Below are positions 19,352 to 28,568 of a DNA stretch of 56,546 nt, piece after piece. Positions within the stretch are counted from its first letter, which is position 1. Each line of letters opens with the position of its first letter. The notes beneath the pieces are model-generated. The model did not search any database and was not told the DNA's origin. It saw only the letters and a list, made by a program, of their open reading frames with translations. A program made the translations under genes and the position numbers. Source of the DNA: Bacteriovoracaceae bacterium. Its GTDB lineage: Bacteria > Bdellovibrionota > Bacteriovoracia > Bacteriovoracales > Bacteriovoracaceae. Location: assembly GCA_041586955.1 (NCBI GenBank), contig JBFGZE010000011.1, positions 1-56,546 of the forward strand, written 5' to 3'.

Positions 19352-20227
19352 ATGAAAATGATGAAGCAATATTCGATCAAGGAAATTTTTCTTTTTGTGG
19401 CCAGTTATAAGGTACTCGCGGTTTCCTGGGGGCTTGCCTTATTTGGGGTGATTTATATGAGCTATTCGGCCAAAACAATGTTTAGTTATTTTGGGGTCGC
19501 GGAGAGCAGGGAAGTCAATATTAGTTCAAAGCATCCTGTGTCGATTAAACAGGTTCATGTTATTTCTGGTCAAAGAGTAGGACAAGGGCAATTAATTTTA
19601 GAATTAGAGCGACCTGATTTGGCGCTACAAATTAACCTCATGACAAGTGAATTAAAGGATCTTGAATCACAATTGCGAGTTAATAATATTCTTCATAAAG
19701 AGATTGAATCGATCCGCTTTGCAAGAGTTCGCGGAGAGGAGAGCAATTCTAACCCCATTATAAATCAAATTGACCAATTGAAGAAACGCTTAAATTCACT
19801 AAAAGAAGAAGATAAGAATTTGAAAATTTATTCTCAATTTGAAGGTAAAGTGGGATCCATCAACTTTAAACCAGGAGAGGAAGTTTCTCCTTTTACCACA
19901 ATTATGTCTTTGCACGGATTTAATCCGAGTTATATTAAAGGTATGATTCACGAACGAATTCATCATAAGGCCTATAAGGGTCAAGAAGTGAAAATTATTT
20001 CTTTAAGTGACCCTGACAAATTCGTCATGGCCCAAGTGGTGAGTGTCGGTTCTCGTATTATTCCATTTCCAAGCCGTTTGCAGAAAACGGGGACGGCAGA
20101 GACATGGGGACGGGAAATATTAATTGAAATCCCAACTCAAAATGCCTTTTTATTGGGAGAAAAAGTTTATATCAAAACCCAAGCTAAAAAAGCGGGTGTT
20201 ATTAATAAAATTGCAGAAAGAATCTAA
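19352..20227 (+). CDS. HlyD-family periplasmic adaptor (membrane fusion protein)
   Basis: N-terminal TM, lipoyl halves (VHVISGQRVGQGQLILEL / KPGEEV), coiled coil and GEKV beta-barrel end. Confidence 0.85.
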   Translation: MKMMKQYSIKEIFLFVASYKVLAVSWGLALFGVIYMSYSAKTMFSYFGVAESREVNISSKHPVSIKQVHVISGQRVGQGQLILELERPDLALQINLMTSELKDLESQLRVNNILHKEIESIRFARVRGEESNSNPIINQIDQLKKRLNSLKEEDKNLKIYSQFEGKVGSINFKPGEEVSPFTTIMSLHGFNPSYIKGMIHERIHHKAYKGQEVKIISLSDPDKFVMAQVVSVGSRIIPFPSRLQKTGTAETWGREILIEIPTQNAFLLGEKVYIKTQAKKAGVINKIAERI

Positions 20228-20240
20228 GAAGGTTTTGAGA

Positions 20241-21443
20241 ATGATCGAGAGATATAGAAATGTCATTATTTGGAGCTTGCTCGTCACATTAGGTCCCATC
20301 GCTACAGTCGCTGCCAATACCTTAGATGATTTATTGGCCAGTAAGAAAGGCCTTTTCCCCGCTTCCGGAGCTCAGACAATTAAAGACTATTCAATTCCCA
20401 TGGTTGAAAAATTGGAGCTGGAAGTAAAAACCAAAGAAGACATTGAAGAAAAATTTGAAATGAAGAAACATTTAACGGTTCGTATTGCGCCAAAGAATTT
20501 ATGGCAATATCGCCTTGAAAAAAATATTTATCGTCTCAATAATCAAAAGATTAAGGAGATGAGTAATACTTATAAAAACTCTTATTATGCGAGTATTTAT
20601 CAAAATTACCTAAACTATTTAGTGGCAAAGGAAAAAATTCAAACAACGGATACTCTAGTGAAAGTATATGGAGACCTTTTAAAGGTTTATCAGGGGGAAT
20701 CTCGTGATGGGCAAGAAAAGGCGATGCGTGTTTTGCGGGTTCGTGGGGACCTTGAATTAGCAAAAGTTGAGTTATCCACGGAGGAGAGAAGGTTGGAAAC
20801 TCTTGCTGAAAAATTGGGAATTGAAAAGACGGATGATCAATTTGCGCAATATGACCTCGCACCTATTGAACAGGCGCTCAAGGACGAAGGTGATCATCGC
20901 CAATTTAAACATACTTTAGAAATCGAGCAAAAATTGGCGCAACATAAATTTGAATTGGAAAAGAATGAAAGATACCAGGTCATGAATCATGTTGATGTCT
21001 CCATTGACCGTACAAATAAAGGGGACACAAAAACGGCACTATCCTTTCGCTTTCAATTACCATTCATCTCCCAAGGGGGACAGAACTTACAAGAAAAGGC
21101 CATGGATTATTATAAATCAAAAATGGGAAATCATCTGGCCATGGAAAAATTTCAATTAGAATTAAAAGAATATAAAAGGGGAATGGAAAGAGGTCGAGAT
21201 GCTCTTAATAAATTGGGACTTAATAGTTTAACCAAAGCATATGAAAAGCTTGTACGATTATTTAAGAGACCAAATCTCAAAGAAACCCAGCGGATCCTTG
21301 AAATCAAGGAAACGATTGAGAAAATGAAATTAAGACGCTTGGAGTTGAAGCATAGGGTTTATCAGGACTATATTACTTGGCTCTCGATTCAATCAAAGTT
21401 TTCTGATAGCGAAGGCCGCAATTATCTGGTGAAATATGAGTGA
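20241..21443 (+). CDS. Probable TolC-like outer membrane factor
   Basis: Signal peptide from ATG 20241; two long helical repeats separated by beta hairpins (LSFRFQLPF). Sits between the HlyD and VTC genes. Confidence 0.6.
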   Translation: MIERYRNVIIWSLLVTLGPIATVAANTLDDLLASKKGLFPASGAQTIKDYSIPMVEKLELEVKTKEDIEEKFEMKKHLTVRIAPKNLWQYRLEKNIYRLNNQKIKEMSNTYKNSYYASIYQNYLNYLVAKEKIQTTDTLVKVYGDLLKVYQGESRDGQEKAMRVLRVRGDLELAKVELSTEERRLETLAEKLGIEKTDDQFAQYDLAPIEQALKDEGDHRQFKHTLEIEQKLAQHKFELEKNERYQVMNHVDVSIDRTNKGDTKTALSFRFQLPFISQGGQNLQEKAMDYYKSKMGNHLAMEKFQLELKEYKRGMERGRDALNKLGLNSLTKAYEKLVRLFKRPNLKETQRILEIKETIEKMKLRRLELKHRVYQDYITWLSIQSKFSDSEGRNYLVKYE

Positions 21444-22251
21444 TTTACAAGCAGCATCACCTTTATTTTTTGAACGTTACGAGCTTAAATACCATGTTCC
21501 TCTGGATATGGTAGAAGAGATTTCAGCTTTTGTTGAAGTCTATTGTGCGCTTGATCCTTTTTCTGAAAAGTCACATGATCATTATTACGAAATTAATAAT
21601 TTATATTTTGATACACCAAACTTTCTATTCCGTGAAAGAAGAGTGGCTGGAATTGATGACCGCTTTAATGTTCGTATCCGATCATATGGTACTGATCCCA
21701 AACCTCCTTATTTTTTTGAAATAAAGCATAAAGTAAATGGAATAGTAAAAAAGAAAAGAGCAAAAGTTTATTCCGAAGAATGGGCCGATGCGCTCAAAAG
21801 AGAAGATTACTTTTACGAAGATGGTAAAGAGCCCACCATATCCACTAGTGATGACTATTACCAAGCATTTTTAAATACCGTATATTCCTATAATGCTGAA
21901 CCTAAGGTTTTTACTACTTATAGACGAAAGGCCTACTTATCTCTGGTTGATGATTATGCTCGTGTAACATTTGATCGTAATTTGAAGTTTATGAAATGCG
22001 AAGATTATACGTTACGACCAGTTAAGATGGATCTTTGTAATTATGATTGCCCTAATGTTTTTTCTAATGTTCATGAAAATGTCATTCTCGAATTAAAGTG
22101 TACGACTCGTGTCCCAATGTGGTTTATTGATCTTATTAGTTATTTTAACCTCAAGCGCATGAGCTTCTCTAAATACACCAACGCCATTGATGAGGTTTTA
22201 CATAATTCTTTTGTTTATCGCGCGGATCGCGAATCAATTATTAACCTCTAA
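21436..22251 (+). CDS. VTC-domain (polyphosphate polymerase-like, CYTH fold) protein
   Basis: RYELKY, LYFDTP, RIRSY, FEIKHK, YRRKAY, RVTFD, ILELK, FSKY. Confidence 0.9.
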   Translation: MSDLQAASPLFFERYELKYHVPLDMVEEISAFVEVYCALDPFSEKSHDHYYEINNLYFDTPNFLFRERRVAGIDDRFNVRIRSYGTDPKPPYFFEIKHKVNGIVKKKRAKVYSEEWADALKREDYFYEDGKEPTISTSDDYYQAFLNTVYSYNAEPKVFTTYRRKAYLSLVDDYARVTFDRNLKFMKCEDYTLRPVKMDLCNYDCPNVFSNVHENVILELKCTTRVPMWFIDLISYFNLKRMSFSKYTNAIDEVLHNSFVYRADRESIINL

Positions 22252-23069
22252 AAACTCATATTTTCTTTTTGATTGAGATCAATACTTAATTGAAAAGTAA
22301 GGGTGTTATCATCGGGGTTGATTTCTTCATAGGTCATGAATTGATCTTCAAGATCGGCCAATCTCGCTTTAAACTTTTCCATCATATCTAAATTAGATTT
22401 TAAAAATATAGTTCTATTATAAAAAGGGGAATCATTGTCTCCAAGCATTTCACGGTGCCTCTGTCGAATTACTTTCTCATGACCGGGGATAAATTTGATA
22501 TGTTGATTATTCGCCCAGACCTCTCCATCCATCATAGAAATTAAGTCTATATTGACCAAGTCCTGGAGAATAGTATTGAGGGACTCTCGTGCAATGCCTT
22601 TATTTTTGGCCATAAATTGAGCGAGAGAGACCTTTTTACCACTAAGTGTAAGGCATAAGAACGCCTGATAATAATAATAGTCTTGTAGGATGACCTTCAT
22701 CTGCTTCGCAGATAATTGGTATTGTCGGTGTTTATGGTAAATGGCCATTTGCTTTCTAAGACCTCGCTCTTGAGGGTTGATTGTATTTTGGCCATCCGTT
22801 TTACGTTTAAAAAATTGTAAAAGCTCCTCTTTTTGGATTTGAGATTCTAGATAGGAGGAGACAAAACTTTGGAAGTCTTGAACTTTAAGGTACTTGGCGA
22901 GAATTAGAACCGTTTCAAAAGTTGGTGTAATAAGACCCTTCTCAATTCTCGTGTAATTTGAGTAAGTGATCGTGAGTTCCGAATGCTCTTTGAGTCCATC
23001 ATGAAAAGCACGCGCATTTTGATGGCCAGCTTTGATTCTCAATGTTTTTAATAATTCACTAAATTGCAT
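22248..23069 (-). CDS. XRE-type HTH regulator (TIGR02147/DUF4423-like)
   Basis: LKTLR...YSNYTRIEKGLITP HTH plus a second winged helix; GAGG RBS before ATG 23069. Confidence 0.75.
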   Translation of the reverse strand: MQFSELLKTLRIKAGHQNARAFHDGLKEHSELTITYSNYTRIEKGLITPTFETVLILAKYLKVQDFQSFVSSYLESQIQKEELLQFFKRKTDGQNTINPQERGLRKQMAIYHKHRQYQLSAKQMKVILQDYYYYQAFLCLTLSGKKVSLAQFMAKNKGIARESLNTILQDLVNIDLISMMDGEVWANNQHIKFIPGHEKVIRQRHREMLGDNDSPFYNRTIFLKSNLDMMEKFKARLADLEDQFMTYEEINPDDNTLTFQLSIDLNQKENMSF

Positions 23070-23180
23070 AATCCTCAAATGTAAGAATTACAATGCTTCT
23101 TTGACTTTAAGCACTTACTCACTTAATTTCCCTATTCATACAACGCTTATTGCACAAAATGCAATCGGGATTGGGGAACT

Positions 23181-23504
23181 ATGAAATTTTTAATTTACTT
23201 TGCTTCTATTGTGATCCTTTTAAATGTCGATATCTATTCTCAGTCGGTAGATACTGGCAGTATTCAAGAGGAAATCCTTAGAGTTATTAAAAAATGGAAA
23301 GTAAAATCTTTTGCCGGTCCTCATCTCAAAAGGAAAGTGCGAGCTAAAATATGGCAAAAAATTGAAAATTATAAAGAAGAATGTGAAGAAAATGATGGCA
23401 CGTTTCGCTTGGTAAATTTATTTTACGAGGAAACCTTTGCCGTAGAGGCCGAGAAAATGAAAGTTTTCAAGGTCTCTGCTCATGTAGAATGTCAACTTCC
23501 TTAG
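23181..23504 (+). CDS. Hypothetical secreted protein
   Basis: Signal peptide, two Cys, GGGGA RBS; divergent from the regulator. Confidence 0.7.
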   Translation: MKFLIYFASIVILLNVDIYSQSVDTGSIQEEILRVIKKWKVKSFAGPHLKRKVRAKIWQKIENYKEECEENDGTFRLVNLFYEETFAVEAEKMKVFKVSAHVECQLP

Positions 23505-23526
23505 GGCCTAGGCCCTGGGGACTATG

Positions 23527-23586
23527 ACCCTTGAACGTACTTAGGATTTGTCCCCCCCTTCAAATTGTTCGGGTATGTTCAAGGGT
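23527..23586 (+). other. Long RNA-like stem-loop with C-rich loop
   Basis: ACCCTTGAAC/GTTCAAGGGT outer stem, G-U-rich middle, ATTTG/CAAAT inner stem, loop TCCCCCCCTT. Confidence 0.6.
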
Positions 23587-23619
23587 TTTATATTAAACCC
23601 TATTTAAACGGTCCACTAA

Positions 23620-23647
23620 TAAAGTTTCCTTGATTTGACTCCGATAA
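23620..23647 (+). promoter_or_regulatory. Sigma28 (FliA)-type promoter
   Basis: TAAAG-N15-TCCGATAA, 23 bp before the ATG at 23671. Confidence 0.75.
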
Positions 23648-23670
23648 ACCATTGAAGAGATGAGGTTTAG

Positions 23671-24195
23671 ATGAGAGTTATCCTTATAATATTTTGCGTT
23701 CTTATGCCTTATTGTTTGGAGGCATCGTGGATTAATACGGGTAAGCAACGCATCTTCTTTGATTTGCCAGAAGGCTGGCAGGCGAAAGAAGGAGTTTTTG
23801 ATATGCCTGTAGTGCTCTATGGACCTAAGCAGGGGAATGGGAGACCAACAATCGGTATTGTTCCCTTTGATCAAAAAGGAATTACCTTCAACCAAAAAGA
23901 AAATCTCGTCAATCAAAAGGATTATAGAAAATACCGTCGTGCTTGGGTTGAAAAATTAGATGGTACGGTCTTAGGCTTTCATCCCTATGAAGTTCAAAAA
24001 TGGAAACATGCTAAGGCGCATATTATAGGTCACCGTTTTAAATTGGGGCAGGTTGATTTTAGCGAGACGTCATTTTATGTCATCTGTGACGACGAATTAT
24101 TTCATATGAAATCTCTTTATCGAGAGAATGAATACCCCGATGGCCAAAAGGTCATTATGGACGTTTTAAAGAGTTTTAATTGTCATGGTTCGTAA
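23671..24195 (+). CDS. Secreted protein, possibly PsbP/DcrB-like fold
   Basis: Signal peptide, FDLPEGW N-terminal motif and SFNC end. Confidence 0.65.
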   Translation: MRVILIIFCVLMPYCLEASWINTGKQRIFFDLPEGWQAKEGVFDMPVVLYGPKQGNGRPTIGIVPFDQKGITFNQKENLVNQKDYRKYRRAWVEKLDGTVLGFHPYEVQKWKHAKAHIIGHRFKLGQVDFSETSFYVICDDELFHMKSLYRENEYPDGQKVIMDVLKSFNCHGS

Positions 24196-26467
24196 AAAAC
24201 TAATAATCTTTATTCAGCTGCTTGCGTTTATTGCTAATCCTCTTGGTGCTAAACCGGTGAGCGAGTCTGAAGCGTCCATTGATGGTGAGGAAGTCACAAT
24301 ATCGGCAACTATTTTGGAAATCGTGGCCCAGCAAGTTTTTCTGTGTAAAAACGCCGATGGTAGTTGGAAAAATGAAAAGATTAAGGAACCAGAAACAGGT
24401 GAAGAGATCGATTGCTTGGCCTTGGCCAGAGAAGAGTTTAATTTATTGAAAGAAAAACAAGGTGAAGATGGGGAAGTCTCTGCTCTAAGCTGTATAACGA
24501 GAGGTTGGTCAGTAAGGGAAAAAATGGACTTTGCCAAGCATCTTGAAACACTTGGAGATATTCAATTACCTTTATACCGCCATTTCGGGTGTCCAGGAAA
24601 AGATCAAACAGCAGTCAAATGCACCGCTGACTTGGCCTGTAATGTGGTAAAATCCTCCTTCATAGGTCCTTATTTAGTGGCGGATTTGGCCAGAAAGCTT
24701 GGGGCCAATACTCCTCGCTGTGAATCGAATTCCCAGAGTTCTTGCGTCAATGAATTACTTGTTGGTGTTATCAAAGATGTCCTTGTGAATATGGAGCTTA
24801 TTAAAGAGGTACCTAGCATTACTTGGAATGCCATTAAGGCAGGGAGTAATAAGGCCTGGGGGGGAATTAAATCTTTATTTGAAGATACAAAAGAATTGGA
24901 AGATGCTTCTTCATCGAAATTATTGGCACTCGAAAGTAAAGATGATTCTTTTTATGAAGAATGGATAAAGGACCCAGTGGACAAGGCCTTGAGTTGGGTG
25001 ACTAACCTTCTTGAGGTGACAGGGTCTCTTATTGCAGACTCCGTTCAAAATAATTTCGGTTGTGCTAAATGGTCTAGCACTCGTTATTTACCATTTGATG
25101 GTGAGACTCCTCAATGTGAAGAGCCGATCGTTAGTTTTGAATGCGCCACATGCTCTCAAAAATTGAACATGATGTGTGGGGTTGTCGGCCTTATTGGTGG
25201 TGAAGTTCTTACTATGTACTTAACCGGTGGTACTATTGGCCTGGCCAAGGCGAGCTTACAATCTTCAAAGGCCACTTTTGTCGCTGGCAAATTGTCTAAG
25301 GTTGGTCATTCTTTGGCGAAAACTAAAATAGGTCAAAGTGGCCTATGGGCGGGAAAACAAATTAGGGGTGGGATGCACCTATCGGCCAAGTTGGGAATGG
25401 GGTTGATTAAGCTCGGTGGAAATTGGGCCTTGAGAATAGGCAAAAAGACTATCCCGCTTAAACAGGACATTAAAAATGAATTATTAAAAGTTTTACTGAG
25501 TAAAGGAAAAAAGGTCGCGGTTAAAGTTGGGAAAGGGGCGATTTATATTCCCACCAAATATATTGAGCTTTTAGAGTTCGCCTACGTTAAGGGGCTTCAT
25601 GGATCACAGGCCCTCAAGCATTTAATTAACGCAAAAGGCATAGGGAAAAATGGTGTTGTAAAGCTTACTTCAGAAGACGTTATTATAGAGGGCATTAAGC
25701 GTAAGGAGCAATTTTCGGCCCATGTTAAGGCCTATGGCCATTACAAAAAAGATTTACAACGTAATTATAGCGCCTATAAAAATGCCATTAGAAAGGCCGT
25801 TCTTAAAGGAAAAGACGCCGATGATAAAGAGGTTCTTTATTATCTCACCCAAATCAGACAACTTGAATTAAGTGGCCATGAAATTATTAAGAATGTTTCA
25901 AAAGCTCAAGATATAACGGTCCTATCAACACCTTTAATACCTTTTAAGAAGGTAAAAATTTCATCTAAAGTCGCATCTCAAATAGGTTCGGGTAAATCCA
26001 TTAATATCACCTTAAAAAATGGCAAAAAGCTAGAGGGTCTCTTCTCTCATATTGGCAAAGACGGTAATATTTATTTTAAAGTAGGGGATGCAATTAAGCA
26101 TGTAAGCCCAGAGGATATTGTTACAATTGTGGGAGGGCTTAATCTCTTTAGGCGAGTTGGGAATACTATTATTATGGTGGATAAAGAAGAAACCATAAGC
26201 GCTGAGGTGCAGAAACCGGAAGATGTGGTTGCAACGCCAGAAGCACCAGAAAAGAAGGACTCTGATAAAAAGTCAAATAGAGCGGATGATAAAGAGAAAG
26301 AACCAGATAAAGTGCCAGATAAAGGGGCAGATAAAGAGGATAACAAAGACGAGGATTTGGGGGAGGAAACTCTCTTTAACGAGACGCCAGAACCATCATC
26401 TCTACCACCAATGCAACCGATACCTTATCGACCAGATCGCCTAATTATTAATCAGGGTATTTTTTAA
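24185..26467 (+). CDS. Large Cys-rich secreted hypothetical protein
   Basis: 760 aa: signal peptide, Cys-rich N-terminal half, Gly-rich hydrophobic segment, basic region, Sm-like segment and D/K/E low-complexity tail. Confidence 0.75.
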   Translation: MVRKKLIIFIQLLAFIANPLGAKPVSESEASIDGEEVTISATILEIVAQQVFLCKNADGSWKNEKIKEPETGEEIDCLALAREEFNLLKEKQGEDGEVSALSCITRGWSVREKMDFAKHLETLGDIQLPLYRHFGCPGKDQTAVKCTADLACNVVKSSFIGPYLVADLARKLGANTPRCESNSQSSCVNELLVGVIKDVLVNMELIKEVPSITWNAIKAGSNKAWGGIKSLFEDTKELEDASSSKLLALESKDDSFYEEWIKDPVDKALSWVTNLLEVTGSLIADSVQNNFGCAKWSSTRYLPFDGETPQCEEPIVSFECATCSQKLNMMCGVVGLIGGEVLTMYLTGGTIGLAKASLQSSKATFVAGKLSKVGHSLAKTKIGQSGLWAGKQIRGGMHLSAKLGMGLIKLGGNWALRIGKKTIPLKQDIKNELLKVLLSKGKKVAVKVGKGAIYIPTKYIELLEFAYVKGLHGSQALKHLINAKGIGKNGVVKLTSEDVIIEGIKRKEQFSAHVKAYGHYKKDLQRNYSAYKNAIRKAVLKGKDADDKEVLYYLTQIRQLELSGHEIIKNVSKAQDITVLSTPLIPFKKVKISSKVASQIGSGKSINITLKNGKKLEGLFSHIGKDGNIYFKVGDAIKHVSPEDIVTIVGGLNLFRRVGNTIIMVDKEETISAEVQKPEDVVATPEAPEKKDSDKKSNRADDKEKEPDKVPDKGADKEDNKDEDLGEETLFNETPEPSSLPPMQPIPYRPDRLIINQGIF

Positions 26468-26482
26468 AAATAGATTAAATGT

Positions 26483-27478
26483 CTAATGGGTTTCAGTGTC
26501 AATAATCGATAAATAGGGAAATTCAGTTTGCAAGTCACGTTCTAATTGTAAAATGGCATTTCCAACTTCCCTTTGAGCGGTATTATAGGTACTAAAGAGA
26601 ACTTGGGCCTGTGGCCTTTGTTTTAATAATGTAATATTTTTTTTCATTTGCTCATGGTTAAGTGAATGCATTCCATGAAATTCAACCTCTATGCTAAGTC
26701 TAACTTTGCCGGGCGCCATTACCTCAGTATCAAATTGAAAAATGTGTTTAATAAGGGGAAGTTCCTCGAGAAATTTTCTGATTTTATCTGCTTCTGCTTT
26801 TTCTAATGAAGTTCCGACAATAAATTTATAATTACTCCAGAATAGATAATAGGCCATGAAAAGAAGCAAGAGACCAATAAAGAGGGAGCAAATGATATCA
26901 GGAAGGAGGCTCTCTTGAAAAAGACCAATGATATTGCCTAAGCTGGCGAGAGCGACACCTAGAACAGCAATACCATCTTCTAAGATAATCGCTGTCAAGC
27001 TCGGATCATCTGTGGTTTGAAGAAATTGATAGAGGGACTTCATACCCTTTTTGGAGTGGGCCGCTTTAAGTGCAGTAAGAAAGACATATGATTCAATAAG
27101 GCCAGATACCAAGAGAACAATCCACAATATCATTCCGGGTGGATGATATTGATGGTCAGAGAGATGAAGCCAATGGTTAATTGAATGATAAAGAGTATAA
27201 ATGGCGGCTATCGCAATTCCCTGTGCTGCGAAAAGGTTATAGAGGTATTGAGCGCGACCGCGGCCACGAGGGTAACGGCTACAAGGGCCTATTTTTCCTC
27301 GTTTAAAACCGACATAGAGAAGGAATTGATTGAGGGAGTCTCCAAAAGAATGGAGGGTTTCGGCCAGCATTGAGGGGCTTCTGGAAAAAAGAAAGGCCAA
27401 TAACTTTCCTACTGCAATACAGAGGTTGCAAATAAAGCTAATAATGATGACTTTTCCAGACTGATTAGTTTGTACCAC
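26483..27478 (-). CDS. Cation diffusion facilitator (CDF) transporter
   Basis: SPSMLAETLHSFGDSLNQ and ILEDG motifs, six TMs and a cytosolic C-terminal domain. Confidence 0.9.
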   Translation of the reverse strand: MVQTNQSGKVIIISFICNLCIAVGKLLAFLFSRSPSMLAETLHSFGDSLNQFLLYVGFKRGKIGPCSRYPRGRGRAQYLYNLFAAQGIAIAAIYTLYHSINHWLHLSDHQYHPPGMILWIVLLVSGLIESYVFLTALKAAHSKKGMKSLYQFLQTTDDPSLTAIILEDGIAVLGVALASLGNIIGLFQESLLPDIICSLFIGLLLLFMAYYLFWSNYKFIVGTSLEKAEADKIRKFLEELPLIKHIFQFDTEVMAPGKVRLSIEVEFHGMHSLNHEQMKKNITLLKQRPQAQVLFSTYNTAQREVGNAILQLERDLQTEFPYLSIIDTETH

Positions 27479-27968
27479 TTTGCTGTTGCCTCTTTTCGAT
27501 TATGCCATTGATGATTAAAATTCCAAAGCCAATCATAATGACGACATCGGCAATATTGAAAATATTAGTGCCGATATTTCCGTGGCCCACATACATAAAG
27601 TCGACCACAAAACCATCTTTAATACGATCAATGATATTGCCAATACCTCCGGCCAAAACCAGACTAAAACCATAAACTTCTAAAGAGCGAATTTTTTTAG
27701 AGATAAGAATATAAATGCCAAGACCTAGTAGGACCATGCAAGGAACGTAGATGAGAAAGCTCAGACGTGCCCATTGTGGCCAATCCCCTCCTAAATTACC
27801 CCATGCGCCAGTGTTTTCAGCATAGATAATTTTAAAGAGATCAAAAAAATAGGTAGTAGGGAGATGGCCTTTGACATTCTGGACTGCCCAGGATTTAGAC
27901 CATTGGTCGGAGCCGACAACTATAAAGAGAGTGGAAATTAACCAAATTATTCGTTTTTTAAAAGACAT
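27465..27968 (-). CDS. lspA: Lipoprotein signal peptidase II
   Basis: DQWSK, ENTGAWG, GNIIDR..GFVVDF, FNIAD. Confidence 0.95.
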   Translation of the reverse strand: MSFKKRIIWLISTLFIVVGSDQWSKSWAVQNVKGHLPTTYFFDLFKIIYAENTGAWGNLGGDWPQWARLSFLIYVPCMVLLGLGIYILISKKIRSLEVYGFSLVLAGGIGNIIDRIKDGFVVDFMYVGHGNIGTNIFNIADVVIMIGFGILIINGIIEKRQQQSGTN

Positions 27969-27974
27969 GCAGCC

Positions 27975-27983
27975 ATTATAGCA
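27975..27983 (-). promoter_or_regulatory. Extended -10 promoter of lspA (leaderless geometry)
   Basis: TGcTATAAT-N6-ATG with no Shine-Dalgarno. Confidence 0.65.
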
Positions 27984-27993
27984 ATGCTTATTT

Positions 27994-28515
27994 CTATTGT
28001 CCCAATTTTTTCTTAATACCTGAAATATCTGTGGTAAATAGTTCTCTGAGATATTCTTCTTTTAGGGGCGCATATTCTCTAGGAACGACGATTTTGGCAT
28101 TCATTAAGGATGATTTATAGGCCCCAAAAGAAGAGGCAATTATTTCATCTTGGTGTCTACGATTGAGCCGACAGTGGCCCAGCTCGTGAAAAAGGAGGGC
28201 CTCACGGTATTCATGGGAAGCGCTCGACCACCAGGCCTGATCGATAATGATCTCTTTTGTGTTATCAGGGTAGGTATAACAAACACCTTTATAGCTATCG
28301 TCAGCGGGAATTCCAAAATTAATAGGGATATCTCCTATTTGAAAGGAGGGATCGTTAAAATACTGTCTACCTTTTTCTTCAAAACTCTGGATATAGGACG
28401 CGAAGACCGAGTCTGATTGGTCATATTGGCGCTTAGCATTTATATCTATTTGATCGCCTAGAAAACCCATTCCGCAGCTAGAGGTAAATATAAGGCATAA
28501 TAGCAGGTATCTCAT
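27994..28515 (-). CDS. Lipoprotein zinc metallopeptidase
   Basis: Lipobox TSSC, HELGHCRLNRRH zincin motif and SLM Met-turn. Confidence 0.8.
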   Translation of the reverse strand: MRYLLLCLIFTSSCGMGFLGDQIDINAKRQYDQSDSVFASYIQSFEEKGRQYFNDPSFQIGDIPINFGIPADDSYKGVCYTYPDNTKEIIIDQAWWSSASHEYREALLFHELGHCRLNRRHQDEIIASSFGAYKSSLMNAKIVVPREYAPLKEEYLRELFTTDISGIKKKLGQ

Positions 28516-28552
28516 TTAATATTCTCACTTGAATTTGATTTAGTCTCTTTTT

Positions 28553-28568
28553 TGCAAGTACGATACCT
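28553..28568 (-). promoter_or_regulatory. Sigma54-like promoter
   Basis: AGGTATCGTACTTGCA fits GG-N10-GC. IHF-like TTTCAATATGTTA at 28585-28597. Confidence 0.6.

Noticed and set aside
20124..20240. Longer start for the OMF-like gene
   Set aside because: It overlaps hlyD by about 100 bp; ATG 20241 gives a proper signal peptide.
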